From positions 460,256 to 524,255 of the forward strand of contig CALSUC010000002.1 in the NCBI GenBank assembly GCA_943789445.1: a stretch of 64,000 nucleotides of DNA, written 5' to 3'. The notes beneath the pieces are model-generated. The model worked only from the letters and a program-made list of their open reading frames with translations, did no database searches and was not told the origin of the DNA. The position numbers and the translations under genes are program-made. Numbering within the stretch: position 1 is the stretch's first letter; each line of letters begins with the position of its first letter. Positions 19,849 through 30,172 of this stretch are shown one piece after another. Source of the stretch: an uncultured Gammaproteobacteria bacterium (GTDB lineage: Bacteria; Pseudomonadota; Gammaproteobacteria; UBA4575).

Positions 19849-20211
19849 ATGAAAGCTTTATTACTCGTGGCACATGGAAGTCGTCGAACAGTATCTAATA
19901 TTGAAATTGCGGTCGTTGCCACTTCACTTAGAAAGCAAGTGGGTGATGATTTTGCACTTACTAGGCATGCCTTTTTGGAGATTGCACAGCCTTCTATTCC
20001 TGATGCCATCGATGAATTAATTGCCGATGGCGCCGATGATATTACCGTGTTGTGTTACTTCCTATCTGCGGGAAGGCATGTGCGTGAAGATGTCCCAGCC
20101 TTTGTTGAGGACAAGCGAAAACAGTATCCAGAGGTTAAGCTTTCCTTAGCCCCTTACCTTGGGCAGGCACCAGACTTGATTGGGGTCTTGCATCATCTGG
20201 CTAAAATTTAG
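19849..20211 (+). CDS. CbiX/SirB-like chelatase family protein
   Basis: The N-terminus MKALLLVAHGSRR and the 120-aa length are typical of the small CbiX family. Confidence 0.7.
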   Translation: MKALLLVAHGSRRTVSNIEIAVVATSLRKQVGDDFALTRHAFLEIAQPSIPDAIDELIADGADDITVLCYFLSAGRHVREDVPAFVEDKRKQYPEVKLSLAPYLGQAPDLIGVLHHLAKI

Positions 20212-20217
20212 ACTGGT

Positions 20218-20919
20218 TTAACTTAAAAGGTCCTCTACCTTTACCGGCTGGTAAGGTGTAGAGCGGATCTTATCGTGTCTATCCATGCGATAGTCGATGA
20301 AGCCTTCACTATCTGAAAAATGTAGGAAAGGATTACCTTCAATCTGATCTTCGATGCTGGAGCAGCTCGTGCAGGAATAATTATGGCCGGGGTGTAATTG
20401 CATCTTTCCAGGTAGCTCGTGCTTCATTTTTTGTAAGGTCTGAAACATATCTTCTGGATTACCGCCGTCTAAATCGCAGCGTCCACAGCCAAAAACAAAG
20501 AGGGTGTCACCAGTAATGATGTCGTCCTGCAACTGATAGCAGGCCGAGCCTGGTGTGTGTCCAGGGGTGTGTAAGATATTAAGTGCTGTGCGTCCTAACC
20601 GGATTTGATCCCCACCAACATGGAGATTAGGGCGTTGTAATTCTGTCTGCCAAAAATCAGCCTCAGCCTTGAGTAGGTGCAGTTCTGGATCATACTGCTG
20701 CAAGATATCTTCGACCCCATTGATGTGGTCATGATGGCTATGAGTAAGCAAGATGTCGCTAATATTGAGCTCATGCTTGCTGACATAGTCATGAATAGGC
20801 TGCATATCCCACGCCGGATCGACAATAGCAGTACGTTTGCTGTCACGATCAATGATCAAGTAAACAAAGTTTTGCATGGGCCCAAGTTCCATGCTGACGA
20901 TTTCATAGGGTTTATTCAT
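20218..20919 (-). CDS. MBL-fold metallo-hydrolase (glyoxalase II-like)
   Basis: The HxHxDH motif is present (THSHHDHINGV). Confidence 0.8.
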   Translation of the reverse strand: MNKPYEIVSMELGPMQNFVYLIIDRDSKRTAIVDPAWDMQPIHDYVSKHELNISDILLTHSHHDHINGVEDILQQYDPELHLLKAEADFWQTELQRPNLHVGGDQIRLGRTALNILHTPGHTPGSACYQLQDDIITGDTLFVFGCGRCDLDGGNPEDMFQTLQKMKHELPGKMQLHPGHNYSCTSCSSIEDQIEGNPFLHFSDSEGFIDYRMDRHDKIRSTPYQPVKVEDLLS

Positions 20920-20973
20920 AACAGTTTCTCCAACGGCTTGTAATACTAGCGAGGGAATTGCATATTTCCAAGT

Positions 20974-21525
20974 ATGACGACGGATAAAACCACAACAACT
21001 TTGGATGATTTTATAAGCGAAGATTTATTTTGCTTATCAATCGGTTTAAACCCATCTATTCCTTCGGTAAAGGCAGGCTATTATTTTGCTAATCCAAGGA
21101 ATCGCTTTTGGTCTGCACTGAATGCGGCCAATCTATTTCCAGAAGTGCTTGATCGTTCGATAGAAAGTCAGCGACGTTTGCATACACAGTACAGGATCGG
21201 CTTCACCGATGTGGTAAAACGTCCTAGTCGTATGGGGCATGAGCTTAATGCAGCTGATTTTCGGCGCGATGCACCGCTACTGAGAGATAAGATAGAGCGC
21301 TATCAACCCGGTTTACTCTGGTTTCACGGTAAGATCGCAGTGACTAAATTCTTCTACTATGCCTATGGCTTAAAGCAGGGGTGGGACTGGGGTGTATGTT
21401 CTGTCTCTGAGCTGACCATGCCAGTTTTGATTACGCCTAACCCAAGCCCAGCGAATGCAGCGTATAGCGTGCAAAATATCACGCAGCAGTACCAAGCCTT
21501 AACTCCATATTTGGTAGCTGATTAG
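20974..21525 (+). CDS. mug: G/U mismatch-specific DNA glycosylase
   Basis: GLNPSIPS...GYYFANPRNRFW matches Mug/TDG. Confidence 0.85.
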   Translation: MTTDKTTTTLDDFISEDLFCLSIGLNPSIPSVKAGYYFANPRNRFWSALNAANLFPEVLDRSIESQRRLHTQYRIGFTDVVKRPSRMGHELNAADFRRDAPLLRDKIERYQPGLLWFHGKIAVTKFFYYAYGLKQGWDWGVCSVSELTMPVLITPNPSPANAAYSVQNITQQYQALTPYLVAD

Positions 21526-21676
21526 CATGAAATATGAAGATATCTGCACAGTGGCTACTGTTATAATGCGACATTGCTTAAGACTTTTTCATAGCCAGTT
21601 TTCTATCGCATGAGTTTTTATGTAAAGACTTCATGTCAGGATTTAGATGCGCATCAGTGCATAGAGAGAATTTAGA

Positions 21677-22183
21677 ATGATGATGACTTATCGCCGGTAT
21701 CACTTATTGCTTGTGTTGTTAGTTTTGGCGGCACTCGCGTTTGCTGTGTTTTATCTTGAGGGTGCGCTCTATCTCGATCCATGTCCTCTATGTTTGGTCG
21801 ATAGGGCGTTATTACTGTTGCTCGCAGCAGTGAGTGTGATGGCCTGGTTACAGCATCCGCAAGGAATAGGACGGACCATCTATGCGGTGCTATCAGGAAT
21901 GATTGCCAGCACCGGTGTGGTGGTTGCATTACGACATATTTGGCTGCAGGGTCTACCACCTGATCAGGTGCCAGAATGTGGCCCTGGCCTCTATTTCATG
22001 TTGGATGTGATGCCCTTAGGAGATGTCTTTGGCCGCGTATTTAATGGTTCAGGTAGCTGTGCTGAAGTCAGCTGGACCTTCTTGGGCTTGTCTATTCCTG
22101 AGCAAACTTTAGGTTTATTTGTACTATTATTGCTGATTAATGTGTTGGCAAGTCGTTTGCCTCGAAACCCCAATAAAGTATAA
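21677..22183 (+). CDS. dsbB: Disulfide bond formation protein B
   Basis: It has four TM segments and the CPLCLVDR motif, and is 168 aa. Confidence 0.85.
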   Translation: MMMTYRRYHLLLVLLVLAALAFAVFYLEGALYLDPCPLCLVDRALLLLLAAVSVMAWLQHPQGIGRTIYAVLSGMIASTGVVVALRHIWLQGLPPDQVPECGPGLYFMLDVMPLGDVFGRVFNGSGSCAEVSWTFLGLSIPEQTLGLFVLLLLINVLASRLPRNPNKV

Positions 22184-22262
22184 AGCGTAGATGCCTGAGA
22201 CAGGTATCCGCGATATAATTGCCTACTTTTCGCCCAACATACCCCCATAAAGCGTAAATCGT

Positions 22263-23411
22263 ATGACCGAAAACATTGCTGCAAACGCATCACATAGAAT
22301 CCCACCTGCCAGTAAACTGGTCACCTTAGTCGGCGACTATGGTACGGCTGATTTTAAGCTACACCGTGGTGGTGTGTTGCAAGAGGTGGTGGTTGCCTAT
22401 GAATCATGGGGCTCGTTGTCAGATAATCACGATAATGTCATTTTAGTTTTTGGTGGTCTTTCACCATCAGCGCATGCAGCATCATCGCCTGAAGATCCAA
22501 GTCGTGGCTGGTGGGAATTTATGATTGGTCCAGGTAAGCCAATCGATACCGATCGTTTTTATGTGGTCTGTGTTAATTCCTTTGGTAGTTGCTTTGGCTC
22601 AACGAATCCCTCTTCAATCAATCCAGAAACGGGGAAAGCCTATGGTTTGGATTTTCCTGATGTCAGTATTGAAGATATTGCTAAATCAGCGCATCACGCC
22701 TTACAAGACCTAGGCATCGATCATCTACATGCCGTGGTCGGCGGTTCTATGGGCGGCATGTCATCGCTGGCTTATGCATTAATGTATCCCGACGAAGTCG
22801 ATCATCTGATATCTATTTCAGCAGCAGCCCGTGCGTTGCCTTTCACTATTGCCGTGCGTTCATTACAGCGTGAGATTATTCGCTGTGATCCAGGCTTTAA
22901 AAATGGTCAATATGATGCTGATGAAGAGCCGACGCATGGCATGATGCTAGCGCGTAAGTTGGGGCTGATGTCATACCGTGCATCTGAAGAGTGGCATCAA
23001 CGCTTTAACCGCGCACGTATTAGCCCTGATCGGAAATCTGATGAGCGCTTTGGTATTGAGTTCGAGGTGGAGTCCTATCTGGATTACAACGCAAAGAAGT
23101 TTGTGCGTACTTTTGATGCCAATAGCTATCTCTATCTATCGCGTGCAATGGATTTGTTTGATGTCGCCGAGCATGGTGGCTCAGTCAATGCTGGTCTAGC
23201 TAAAATTCAGGCCAAGAGCAGCCTTATTATCGGTGTAGAGACTGATATTCTATTTCCAGTTCAGCAGCAAGAGGAATTAGCAGAAGGTATTCAAAGGGCA
23301 GGGCGAAAGGCTGAATATATCCAGTTGAACTCGATCAACGGGCATGACTCTTTCTTGGTTGATGAAGCTCACTTTGGGCCAGTAGTACGAAATTTCTTTG
23401 ATCAAACCTAA
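22263..23411 (+). CDS. metX: Homoserine O-acyltransferase MetX (acetyl/succinyl)
   Basis: It has an alpha/beta-hydrolase fold with GGSMGGM. The 382-aa length matches the MetX family. Confidence 0.85.
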   Translation: MTENIAANASHRIPPASKLVTLVGDYGTADFKLHRGGVLQEVVVAYESWGSLSDNHDNVILVFGGLSPSAHAASSPEDPSRGWWEFMIGPGKPIDTDRFYVVCVNSFGSCFGSTNPSSINPETGKAYGLDFPDVSIEDIAKSAHHALQDLGIDHLHAVVGGSMGGMSSLAYALMYPDEVDHLISISAAARALPFTIAVRSLQREIIRCDPGFKNGQYDADEEPTHGMMLARKLGLMSYRASEEWHQRFNRARISPDRKSDERFGIEFEVESYLDYNAKKFVRTFDANSYLYLSRAMDLFDVAEHGGSVNAGLAKIQAKSSLIIGVETDILFPVQQQEELAEGIQRAGRKAEYIQLNSINGHDSFLVDEAHFGPVVRNFFDQT

Positions 23412-23514
23412 GGTATAGAAAGGCTGATCGATAGGCTAAACATTCAGTTTCGAGCACAAGCTGTGCCCGAAACCGATGGTGTACTGCTAGGTCTTTCTTC
23501 TATGAGAGGCTATT

Positions 23515-24828
23515 TTATCGCTTATCAGTAGCGATGTAATCACGCTCAGCTGAACCTGTAAATAACTGGCGAGGACGACCGATACGATTAGTCGGATCAC
23601 TCATCATTTCCATCCAATGAGACAGCCAACCAACCGTACGTGCTAGAGCAAAGATTACGGTATACATGCTGCTAGGGATGTTCATAGCTTTGAAGATAAT
23701 GCCGGAGTAAAAATCTACATTCGGGTATAGCTTACGTTGAATGAAGTAGTCATCTTCCAAGGCGATTTTTTCTAGATCCATTGCAGTTTTGAGTAACGGC
23801 TGATTAGGGTTGTCTTCACCCATCTCGTTGAGAAGGTCATGACAGATCGTCTGAATTAGTTTGGCACGTGGATCGTAGTTCTTGTAGACACGATGGCCAA
23901 AGCCCATTAGGCGGAAGCGGTCGGTCTTGTCTTTAGCACGAGTAATATAGTGACTTAGCTCTTTGCCTGAAGAAACGATCTCATTCAACATGCTGATAAC
24001 AGCCTCATTAGCACCGCCGTGAGCTGGTCCCCAGAGTGAGCCAATACCTGCTGCTATAGCTGCATAAGGACTGGCTTCTGAACTACCGGTTAAGCGCACA
24101 GTAGAGGTTGATGCATTCTGCTCGTGGTCAGCATGTAGGATCAAGATCAGATCCATCGCACGTACCATTGTTTCAGATGGCGTGTAAGAGCCGTCTTTAG
24201 AGCCAAACATCATGCGTAGAAAGTCTTCGGTATAACCACTGTTTGGATCAGAGGGGAGGAATTCCTTTCCTTGCTGATGCTTGTAGGTCCAAGCGGCCAG
24301 GGTAGGCATCTTGGCAATCAATCGATGTGCTGCTAGACGACGGGCTTGATCATCGTGTACATCAACATCATCGTTATGTTTGGCTGCTAATGCACCGACT
24401 GCTGAAATCAGCATAGCCATTGGGTGCGCATCTTGTTGAAATGCTTGAAATAACAATGGCAGCTTGTCATCAACTGCTTTGTGTTCAGCAATAGTTGCCT
24501 TGTACTCGTCCAATTGAACGGCCGTTGGTAACTCACCATTCATGAGTAGGTAGCAAGTTTCTTCGTAGTTACTTTTTTGGGCTAACTGCTCAATAGGGTA
24601 GCCACGGTATGAAAGTCTACCTTCGTCACCATCGATGAAAGTAATCTTACTTTCACAGCTAGCGGTTGAAACAAAACCAGGATCAAAAGTGAAGTAACCA
24701 AGTTCGCGGTTTAAAGCGCGAATATCAAGTGTGCTAGCACCATCTGTAGGTACTAATACCGGCATTTCTACCTGCTTCCCGCTGGCATTGTCGGTAATGG
24801 TTACTGTATTTTTAGGGTTGTCAGACAC
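23515..24828 (-). CDS. gltA: Citrate synthase (type II, GltA)
   Basis: GFGHRVYKNYDPRA and the N-terminal alignment to GltA support the call. The start was re-assigned to GTG 24826-24828, which is preceded by AGGAGG at 24835-24840. The longer ATG ORF running to 24930 is probably not translated. Confidence 0.85.
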   Translation of the reverse strand: MSDNPKNTVTITDNASGKQVEMPVLVPTDGASTLDIRALNRELGYFTFDPGFVSTASCESKITFIDGDEGRLSYRGYPIEQLAQKSNYEETCYLLMNGELPTAVQLDEYKATIAEHKAVDDKLPLLFQAFQQDAHPMAMLISAVGALAAKHNDDVDVHDDQARRLAAHRLIAKMPTLAAWTYKHQQGKEFLPSDPNSGYTEDFLRMMFGSKDGSYTPSETMVRAMDLILILHADHEQNASTSTVRLTGSSEASPYAAIAAGIGSLWGPAHGGANEAVISMLNEIVSSGKELSHYITRAKDKTDRFRLMGFGHRVYKNYDPRAKLIQTICHDLLNEMGEDNPNQPLLKTAMDLEKIALEDDYFIQRKLYPNVDFYSGIIFKAMNIPSSMYTVIFALARTVGWLSHWMEMMSDPTNRIGRPRQLFTGSAERDYIATDKR

Positions 24829-24858
24829 GTCTGTCCTCCTGAATCTTCGTTCAATACG

Positions 24859-24901
24859 CTCCCTGTCCCAGGCTGATGAAGCATCAGCCTGGGACAGGGA
24901 G
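24859..24901. promoter_or_regulatory. Perfect 20-bp-stem / 3-nt-loop hairpin in gltA leader
   Basis: The sequence is CTCCCTGTCCCAGGCTGATG-aag-CATCAGCCTGGGACAGGGAG. It lies ~30 nt upstream of the gltA RBS and has no flanking T-run. Confidence 0.6.
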
Positions 24902-25150
24902 TGATCTGAAAGCATAAGCTTGTTAATCAAATATCACTATTGAAATCAATAGCTTGCGAATTTTTTTCTTGTAGCGGGTGTTGTTTAAAGGCATCTGAAT
25001 AATGCCTTAGCACCTACTTAGGGCCAGGGTTTTATCGGTGAATGTTCTACTCGAACAGACTAAATACCAGTCAGGCCAATCAGGTATTTTACCTCACTTC
25101 AGCAAATAAATAATAACCAAAATGGGCAGATAGGCAGAAATTATGCTGTT

Positions 25151-25684
25151 TTAAGGTCTAGCCAATATGATTTTGAGAATAAATTGGGCGATTTCCTCAG
25201 GATTGTTTAGATCTAGCTGAGGAATATCCCGTTCTACCTGCAGTTTTTCATCACTAGCAATCGCGATAACGTGATCATCTTTTTCGCAGAGTAGAGGCAA
25301 GCCTAGAGACGGACGATGTAACTCAATCTTACCAATAGGCTCTTTTTTAAACCCCTCGACCAAGATTAAATCAGCAGCGTCAAAATCCAACTGTTGGATC
25401 AGTTGATCTAAAGAGGCCTCATCTTGTTCACTTGCATGATCATGCATTAGCGCCCAGCGATTAGCCGAAGAGATTAACATTTGCTTGGCACCGGCTTGGC
25501 GCAAACGGTAACTGTCTTTGTTTGGATGGTCGATATCAAAGGCATGATGCGCATGCTTAATCATCGCAATACGGACACCGTTCGCCACTAATAGAGGGAT
25601 CAACTGGGTTAGCAAGGTCGTCTTACCAGTACCGCTAAAGGCACAAAATCCCAGAATAGGCAGTGGACAATCGTGATAACTCAT
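25151..25684 (-). CDS. mobB: Molybdopterin-guanine dinucleotide biosynthesis adaptor MobB
   Basis: The P-loop GTGKTTLL is present and the product is 177 aa. Confidence 0.85.
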   Translation of the reverse strand: MSYHDCPLPILGFCAFSGTGKTTLLTQLIPLLVANGVRIAMIKHAHHAFDIDHPNKDSYRLRQAGAKQMLISSANRWALMHDHASEQDEASLDQLIQQLDFDAADLILVEGFKKEPIGKIELHRPSLGLPLLCEKDDHVIAIASDEKLQVERDIPQLDLNNPEEIAQFILKIILARP

Positions 25685-25688
25685 AGGT

Positions 25689-26285
25689 TTAAGGCTTTAG
25701 TTGTTGGCCGAGGTTGGTTAAATCCTCGCGCGAATTTACATTGGTGAAGATGTCAGATCGATCTGAGAAATCACATTCTGCATAGCCTTCTTGCTGATAC
25801 CAAAGGTCAATTTTACGATCACCGCGGGCTAAGAAGTCTAACAGACTTGGTAGTAATGATTGATGCAGTAAGGCATATACCGGCTGTAGACGCTTGCCAT
25901 CACTAGCGACGCTAATCTGAGCGCCTTGTGCTACAGCACTTTGATGTAAGCGTTGTACATAGTCATTACAGAGTAGGGGGCCATCACAGGGTGCTGTCAC
26001 CATGTAGTCTGTTGAGCATTGCTTCAGGCCGCTAGCAAAACCGGCTAGAGGGCCTTGAAAATCACTTAATTCATCACGGATAACTGGGTGACCATAAGCT
26101 TGGTATTGGTCAACGCTGCGATTTGCATTGATGGCTACAGATTGAACCTGTGGTGCTAGTGATGCGAGTACGTACTCGATCATTGCTTGGCCATTAAGCA
26201 AGACTAATCCTTTGTCTTCGCCGCCCATACGCTGAGCACGACCACCCGCAAGAATCAGGCCTGAGATGTTATCATGTGGATACAT
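25689..26285 (-). CDS. mobA: Molybdenum cofactor guanylyltransferase MobA
   Basis: GLILAGGRAQRMGG is present and the product is 198 aa. Confidence 0.85.
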   Translation of the reverse strand: MYPHDNISGLILAGGRAQRMGGEDKGLVLLNGQAMIEYVLASLAPQVQSVAINANRSVDQYQAYGHPVIRDELSDFQGPLAGFASGLKQCSTDYMVTAPCDGPLLCNDYVQRLHQSAVAQGAQISVASDGKRLQPVYALLHQSLLPSLLDFLARGDRKIDLWYQQEGYAECDFSDRSDIFTNVNSREDLTNLGQQLKP

Positions 26286-26486
26286 AATGTTATTTTAACT
26301 GAATTAAGTGACGTGGCTGAAATCGCTGCACTCTACCACTATGAACGGGTAGTCCCAAGTGTATAGCGCTCTGATTTATTGGTGCCTAGTCTATCAGCTC
26401 TTAACTAAGGGACGATACGAGACTGAGGGGTGCCAATCAGAAGATTTCGCCAGTGTTCTAGCTAGATTTGTATAAGGAGATTTTAG

Positions 26487-26783
26487 ATGAGAGATAAAGA
26501 AATGACGACTACGGAAATTGAAGCCGCTGTTTTTAGGCGTTTAGTGTCCCATTTCCAGACGCATACAGACGTGCAAAATATTGATCTGATGAATTTGGCT
26601 GATTTCTGTCGCAACTGCCTTTCAAAGTGGTATGTCGCAGCGGCAGAAGATAAGGGGCTTGATATGGACTATGAGGCAGCGCGTGAGTTGGTTTATGGCA
26701 TGCCTTATTCCGACTGGAAAGAGAAATACCAAACGCCACCTACAAAAGAACAATTAGACAAATTTAATGCTCGTGGCAAGTAG
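26487..26783 (+). CDS. DUF1244 family protein
   Basis: It is 98 aa with DUF1244-like conserved Cys/Trp positions (CRNCLSKWY). Confidence 0.6.
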   Translation: MRDKEMTTTEIEAAVFRRLVSHFQTHTDVQNIDLMNLADFCRNCLSKWYVAAAEDKGLDMDYEAARELVYGMPYSDWKEKYQTPPTKEQLDKFNARGK

Positions 26784-26837
26784 CTGTTGCTTGCCGTAAG
26801 CTATTACTTGGTTTGTTAACTATTAGAAAATACCGCG

Positions 26838-27602
26838 ATGAGTGAGAGTGAGTTAAGCGATCAGCAGCTGTTGCGTTATAGTCGACAGATTATGTTGCCA
26901 CAGCTAGATGTGTCTGGGCAGCAGCGTCTATTAGATGCGCGTGTACTGATATTAGGTGCTGGTGGCTTAGGTTGTCCGTTAGCCCTATACCTAGCAAGCA
27001 GCGGTGTTGGACATATCACTATCGTTGATGATGATGTGGTTGAACTCTCTAATCTGCAGCGTCAAATTCTATATACCGACGCTGATGTTGGTCGACTTAA
27101 AGCTGAAGTGGTATGTGAACGTTTGGCGGTCGTTAATCCAGAGGTCACAGTAAATGCTATTTGTCAGCGGCCGAATTCAGAAGACTTGAGCCGCCTGATT
27201 AAGGAGGTCGACTTGGTCTTAGATGGTACCGATAACTTCACTTCTCGCTATCAGCATAACCGTGCATGTATAGCACTGAAAAAGCCGTTGTTGTCAGCCT
27301 CTGTTATCCGCTTTGAAGGCCAGTTAATGTACTTTCATCCGACTATGGATGGCCCTTGCTATGCCTGTCTTTATCCTTCAGCTAATGATGTGGATGAAAA
27401 CTGTAGTGAAAATGGTGTGTTAGCGCCGGTTGCAGGTGTTATGGCGACGGCAATGGCGACAGAGGCCTTAAAGCAACTTTTGAAAATAGGGGCTAGCAGT
27501 ATCGGCCGTCTGCATTTATTTGATGCGTTAGCCATGGAATGGCGCACAGTAAAGGTCAAGGCTGATCCTGAATGTTCTGATTGCGCCACATGCCGAATCT
27601 AA
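26838..27602 (+). CDS. moeB: Molybdopterin-synthase adenylyltransferase MoeB (ThiF family)
   Basis: The nucleotide-binding motif GAGGLGCP and a C-terminal CxxC pair are present; the product is 254 aa. Confidence 0.85.
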   Translation: MSESELSDQQLLRYSRQIMLPQLDVSGQQRLLDARVLILGAGGLGCPLALYLASSGVGHITIVDDDVVELSNLQRQILYTDADVGRLKAEVVCERLAVVNPEVTVNAICQRPNSEDLSRLIKEVDLVLDGTDNFTSRYQHNRACIALKKPLLSASVIRFEGQLMYFHPTMDGPCYACLYPSANDVDENCSENGVLAPVAGVMATAMATEALKQLLKIGASSIGRLHLFDALAMEWRTVKVKADPECSDCATCRI

Positions 27603-28945
27603 AGCTAAGTCGCTGGCATGACTATGTTTGGGCTAGCGAGCTCACTGCCGTAGGCCCACTCCAACAAATCTTAATCCGCTGCCTGCGTTTCTTGCAGACC
27701 TTGATGTTGGAACTATCCGATGGGCAGCTTAATTTGCGTGCCATGTCACTAGTTTTTACCACCATACTTTCTTTTGTGCCGCTATTAGCCGTGAGCTTTT
27801 CAGTGCTGAAAGCCTTTGGTGTGCATGGACAGATTGAGCCTTTGTTACTAGCTGTGTTTAGTCATTTAGGTGATCGTGGACCAGAAATTAGCGCGACGAT
27901 TATTGGCTTTGTCGATAATGTTCGAGTTGGCTTATTAGGTGCTGTAGGTATCGCATTCTTATTTTATTCAGTAATTTCTCTGCTACAGAAAATCGAAGAG
28001 GCCTTTAACTACACTTGGTATGTTGGGCGACTACGTGCCTTGAACGAACGCTTTAGTCGTTATCTCAGTGTGGTGTTGGTTGGCCCAGTATTAGTGTTTG
28101 CTGGTATCGCCTTGACGGCAAAACTATTGAACAACGAGGTGGCGCAAAGCGTTAATGATCTATCGGTCATGAAGGATATGCTACATATGTTAGCCAACGC
28201 CTTGCCTTATGTGTGTGTGATCTCTGCCTTTACCTTTGCCTATTATTTTGTACCAAACACTAAGGTTCAGTTTCGTGCTGCCTTAGTCGGGGGGGTAGTA
28301 GCGGGAGTTCTGTGGCAGTCGGTGGGCTGGATCTATGCGGTCTCTATTGCTAATGCCTCGGCACAAGTAGCGATCTATGCTGGCTTTGCAGTGCTTTTCT
28401 TCTTTATGTTCTGGCTTTATTTGAATTGGTTTGTGTTGCTTTTGGGTTCGAGTATTGCCTATCTTTATCAGCACCCAGAAAGACGTTATTTCGATGCCAA
28501 TGAGTTCCAAAGTAAAGATATCTACACTGAGGAATGTCTCAGCATGGATGTGCTGCTAATTATCGCGCAGCAATATTATCTGAAACAAGAGCCAGTGACT
28601 GAAACGCAATTGGCTGAACGTTGTCATTGCAGTTTACCCGCGTTGAGAGCAGTGCTTGCACAGTTGTTCGCACACCATTTCATTGTTCCCGTCGACACAC
28701 CTGGAGGGGGTTATGTTCCTGCCTTGCCAGCAGAAGATCTTAGTTTAGCTCAGGTATATTTGGCGATACGACACCGCAGACCAGCATCCGATAGGATTAA
28801 GGCGACTGCTGAAATGGATCCATCGCAGATGCATGTGATTGATCGGGTAGAGCAAATGGTAAGTAATGGCTTAGCGCAACAGACACTGAAAGATTTAATC
28901 TCTAGTGGCCAGCCAAATAGTGTTTCAACACTCTCCAGCAAATAA
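27581..28945 (+). CDS. YihY/BrkB family inner-membrane protein with ~150-aa C-terminal extension
   Basis: A six-TM YihY core is followed by a soluble C-terminal domain. The start is probably the internal Met near 27590. Confidence 0.7.
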   Translation: MRHMPNLKLSRWHDYVWASELTAVGPLQQILIRCLRFLQTLMLELSDGQLNLRAMSLVFTTILSFVPLLAVSFSVLKAFGVHGQIEPLLLAVFSHLGDRGPEISATIIGFVDNVRVGLLGAVGIAFLFYSVISLLQKIEEAFNYTWYVGRLRALNERFSRYLSVVLVGPVLVFAGIALTAKLLNNEVAQSVNDLSVMKDMLHMLANALPYVCVISAFTFAYYFVPNTKVQFRAALVGGVVAGVLWQSVGWIYAVSIANASAQVAIYAGFAVLFFFMFWLYLNWFVLLLGSSIAYLYQHPERRYFDANEFQSKDIYTEECLSMDVLLIIAQQYYLKQEPVTETQLAERCHCSLPALRAVLAQLFAHHFIVPVDTPGGGYVPALPAEDLSLAQVYLAIRHRRPASDRIKATAEMDPSQMHVIDRVEQMVSNGLAQQTLKDLISSGQPNSVSTLSSK

Positions 28946-28958
28946 TTAAAAGACTAGT

Positions 28959-30161
28959 ATGAGCAACCTGCAAAACGAACCACATAAAATCATTCAGCTT
29001 GCCGAATGTAAGATTACCCTACTGGGCACAGCGCATGTTTCTAGGCAAAGTGTAGAGGCCGTTAAAGAGCAGATTGTTAGCGGTGACTATGATGCGGTTG
29101 CAATAGAGCTTTGTGATAGCCGTTATGCCTCGATGAATGATGCCAAAGGCTATGCGGAGATGGATTTATTCGCTGTTATTAAACAGGGGAAGGCGAGCAT
29201 GGTTGCCGCTAGCCTAGCCTTAGGTGCCTATCAACAACGCATAGCTGAACAATTTGATATCCAGCCCGGTGCAGAGATGAAGATAGCGAGTGAGTTAGCT
29301 CAGGCGCAAGCACTACCACTGTTGTTGATTGACCGTGATGTGGGTATTACTTTGAAAAAGGTCTATCGCAGCATCCCGTGGTGGCGAAAAATGACTGTAG
29401 TGTCAGGTTTGATTGCGAGTCTCTTCAGTCGTGAAAAAGTGTCTGAAGAAGAAATAGAACAGTTAAAACAAGGGGATATTCTTGAGAATGCATTTAGCCA
29501 ATTCTCAGAATCGGCCGATGATTTATTACAACCTTTAATCGCTGAACGTGATGAATATATGGCGGCTAAGATCTTGAGCGCTATTCAGTCGAATACATAT
29601 CAACATCTTTTGGTTGTGGTTGGGGCCGGTCATTTGGCCGGTCTTTTAGCACATCTGCAGCAGGGACTGAGTGCTCCTATGAGCCGTGTGCAAGAGTTGC
29701 AGCAGATACCGCCCAGTAATCGTATACTGCCCTATGTGCCGTGGTTGATTGTGTTATTAGTGATGATTGGTTTTGCTTTTGGCTTTAATAAAAGCTCGGA
29801 ATTAGGTTGGAGCTTAGTACTCGATTGGATCCTGATTAATGGTGGTTTATCGGCCGCTGGTACCCTGCTTGCAGGAGGGCATTTTTTGACTGTGGTGGTG
29901 GCATTTTTTGCAGCCCCATTAACATCATTGAATCCAGCAATTGGGGCAGGGGTGGTCACGGCTAGCGCTGAGATCTATCTACGTAAGCCAATGGTTCAAG
30001 ACTTCCAGCAGTTACGTAATGACAGTACTAGTTTTTCTGGTTGGCGTGGTAACCGAGTAGCCAGAGTAATACTGGTGTTTCTATTGAGCACGGTTGGTTC
30101 GGCCTTGGGTACCTACATTGCTGGGTTTCAAATCTTAGACAGTCTGTCTACCGCATACTAA
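28959..30161 (+). CDS. TraB/GumN family protein
   Basis: The N-terminus ITLLGTAHVSRQS is present, and the C-terminus has TM helices. Confidence 0.7.
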   Translation: MSNLQNEPHKIIQLAECKITLLGTAHVSRQSVEAVKEQIVSGDYDAVAIELCDSRYASMNDAKGYAEMDLFAVIKQGKASMVAASLALGAYQQRIAEQFDIQPGAEMKIASELAQAQALPLLLIDRDVGITLKKVYRSIPWWRKMTVVSGLIASLFSREKVSEEEIEQLKQGDILENAFSQFSESADDLLQPLIAERDEYMAAKILSAIQSNTYQHLLVVVGAGHLAGLLAHLQQGLSAPMSRVQELQQIPPSNRILPYVPWLIVLLVMIGFAFGFNKSSELGWSLVLDWILINGGLSAAGTLLAGGHFLTVVVAFFAAPLTSLNPAIGAGVVTASAEIYLRKPMVQDFQQLRNDSTSFSGWRGNRVARVILVFLLSTVGSALGTYIAGFQILDSLSTAY

Positions 30162-30172
30162 TCAATTTAGCT

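Noticed and set aside
23412-23514. Imperfect hairpin (TTTCGAGCACA-agc-TGTGCCCGAAA) between convergent metX and gltA as a terminator
   Set aside because: The stem has one mismatch and no U-tract on either strand, so it was left unannotated.
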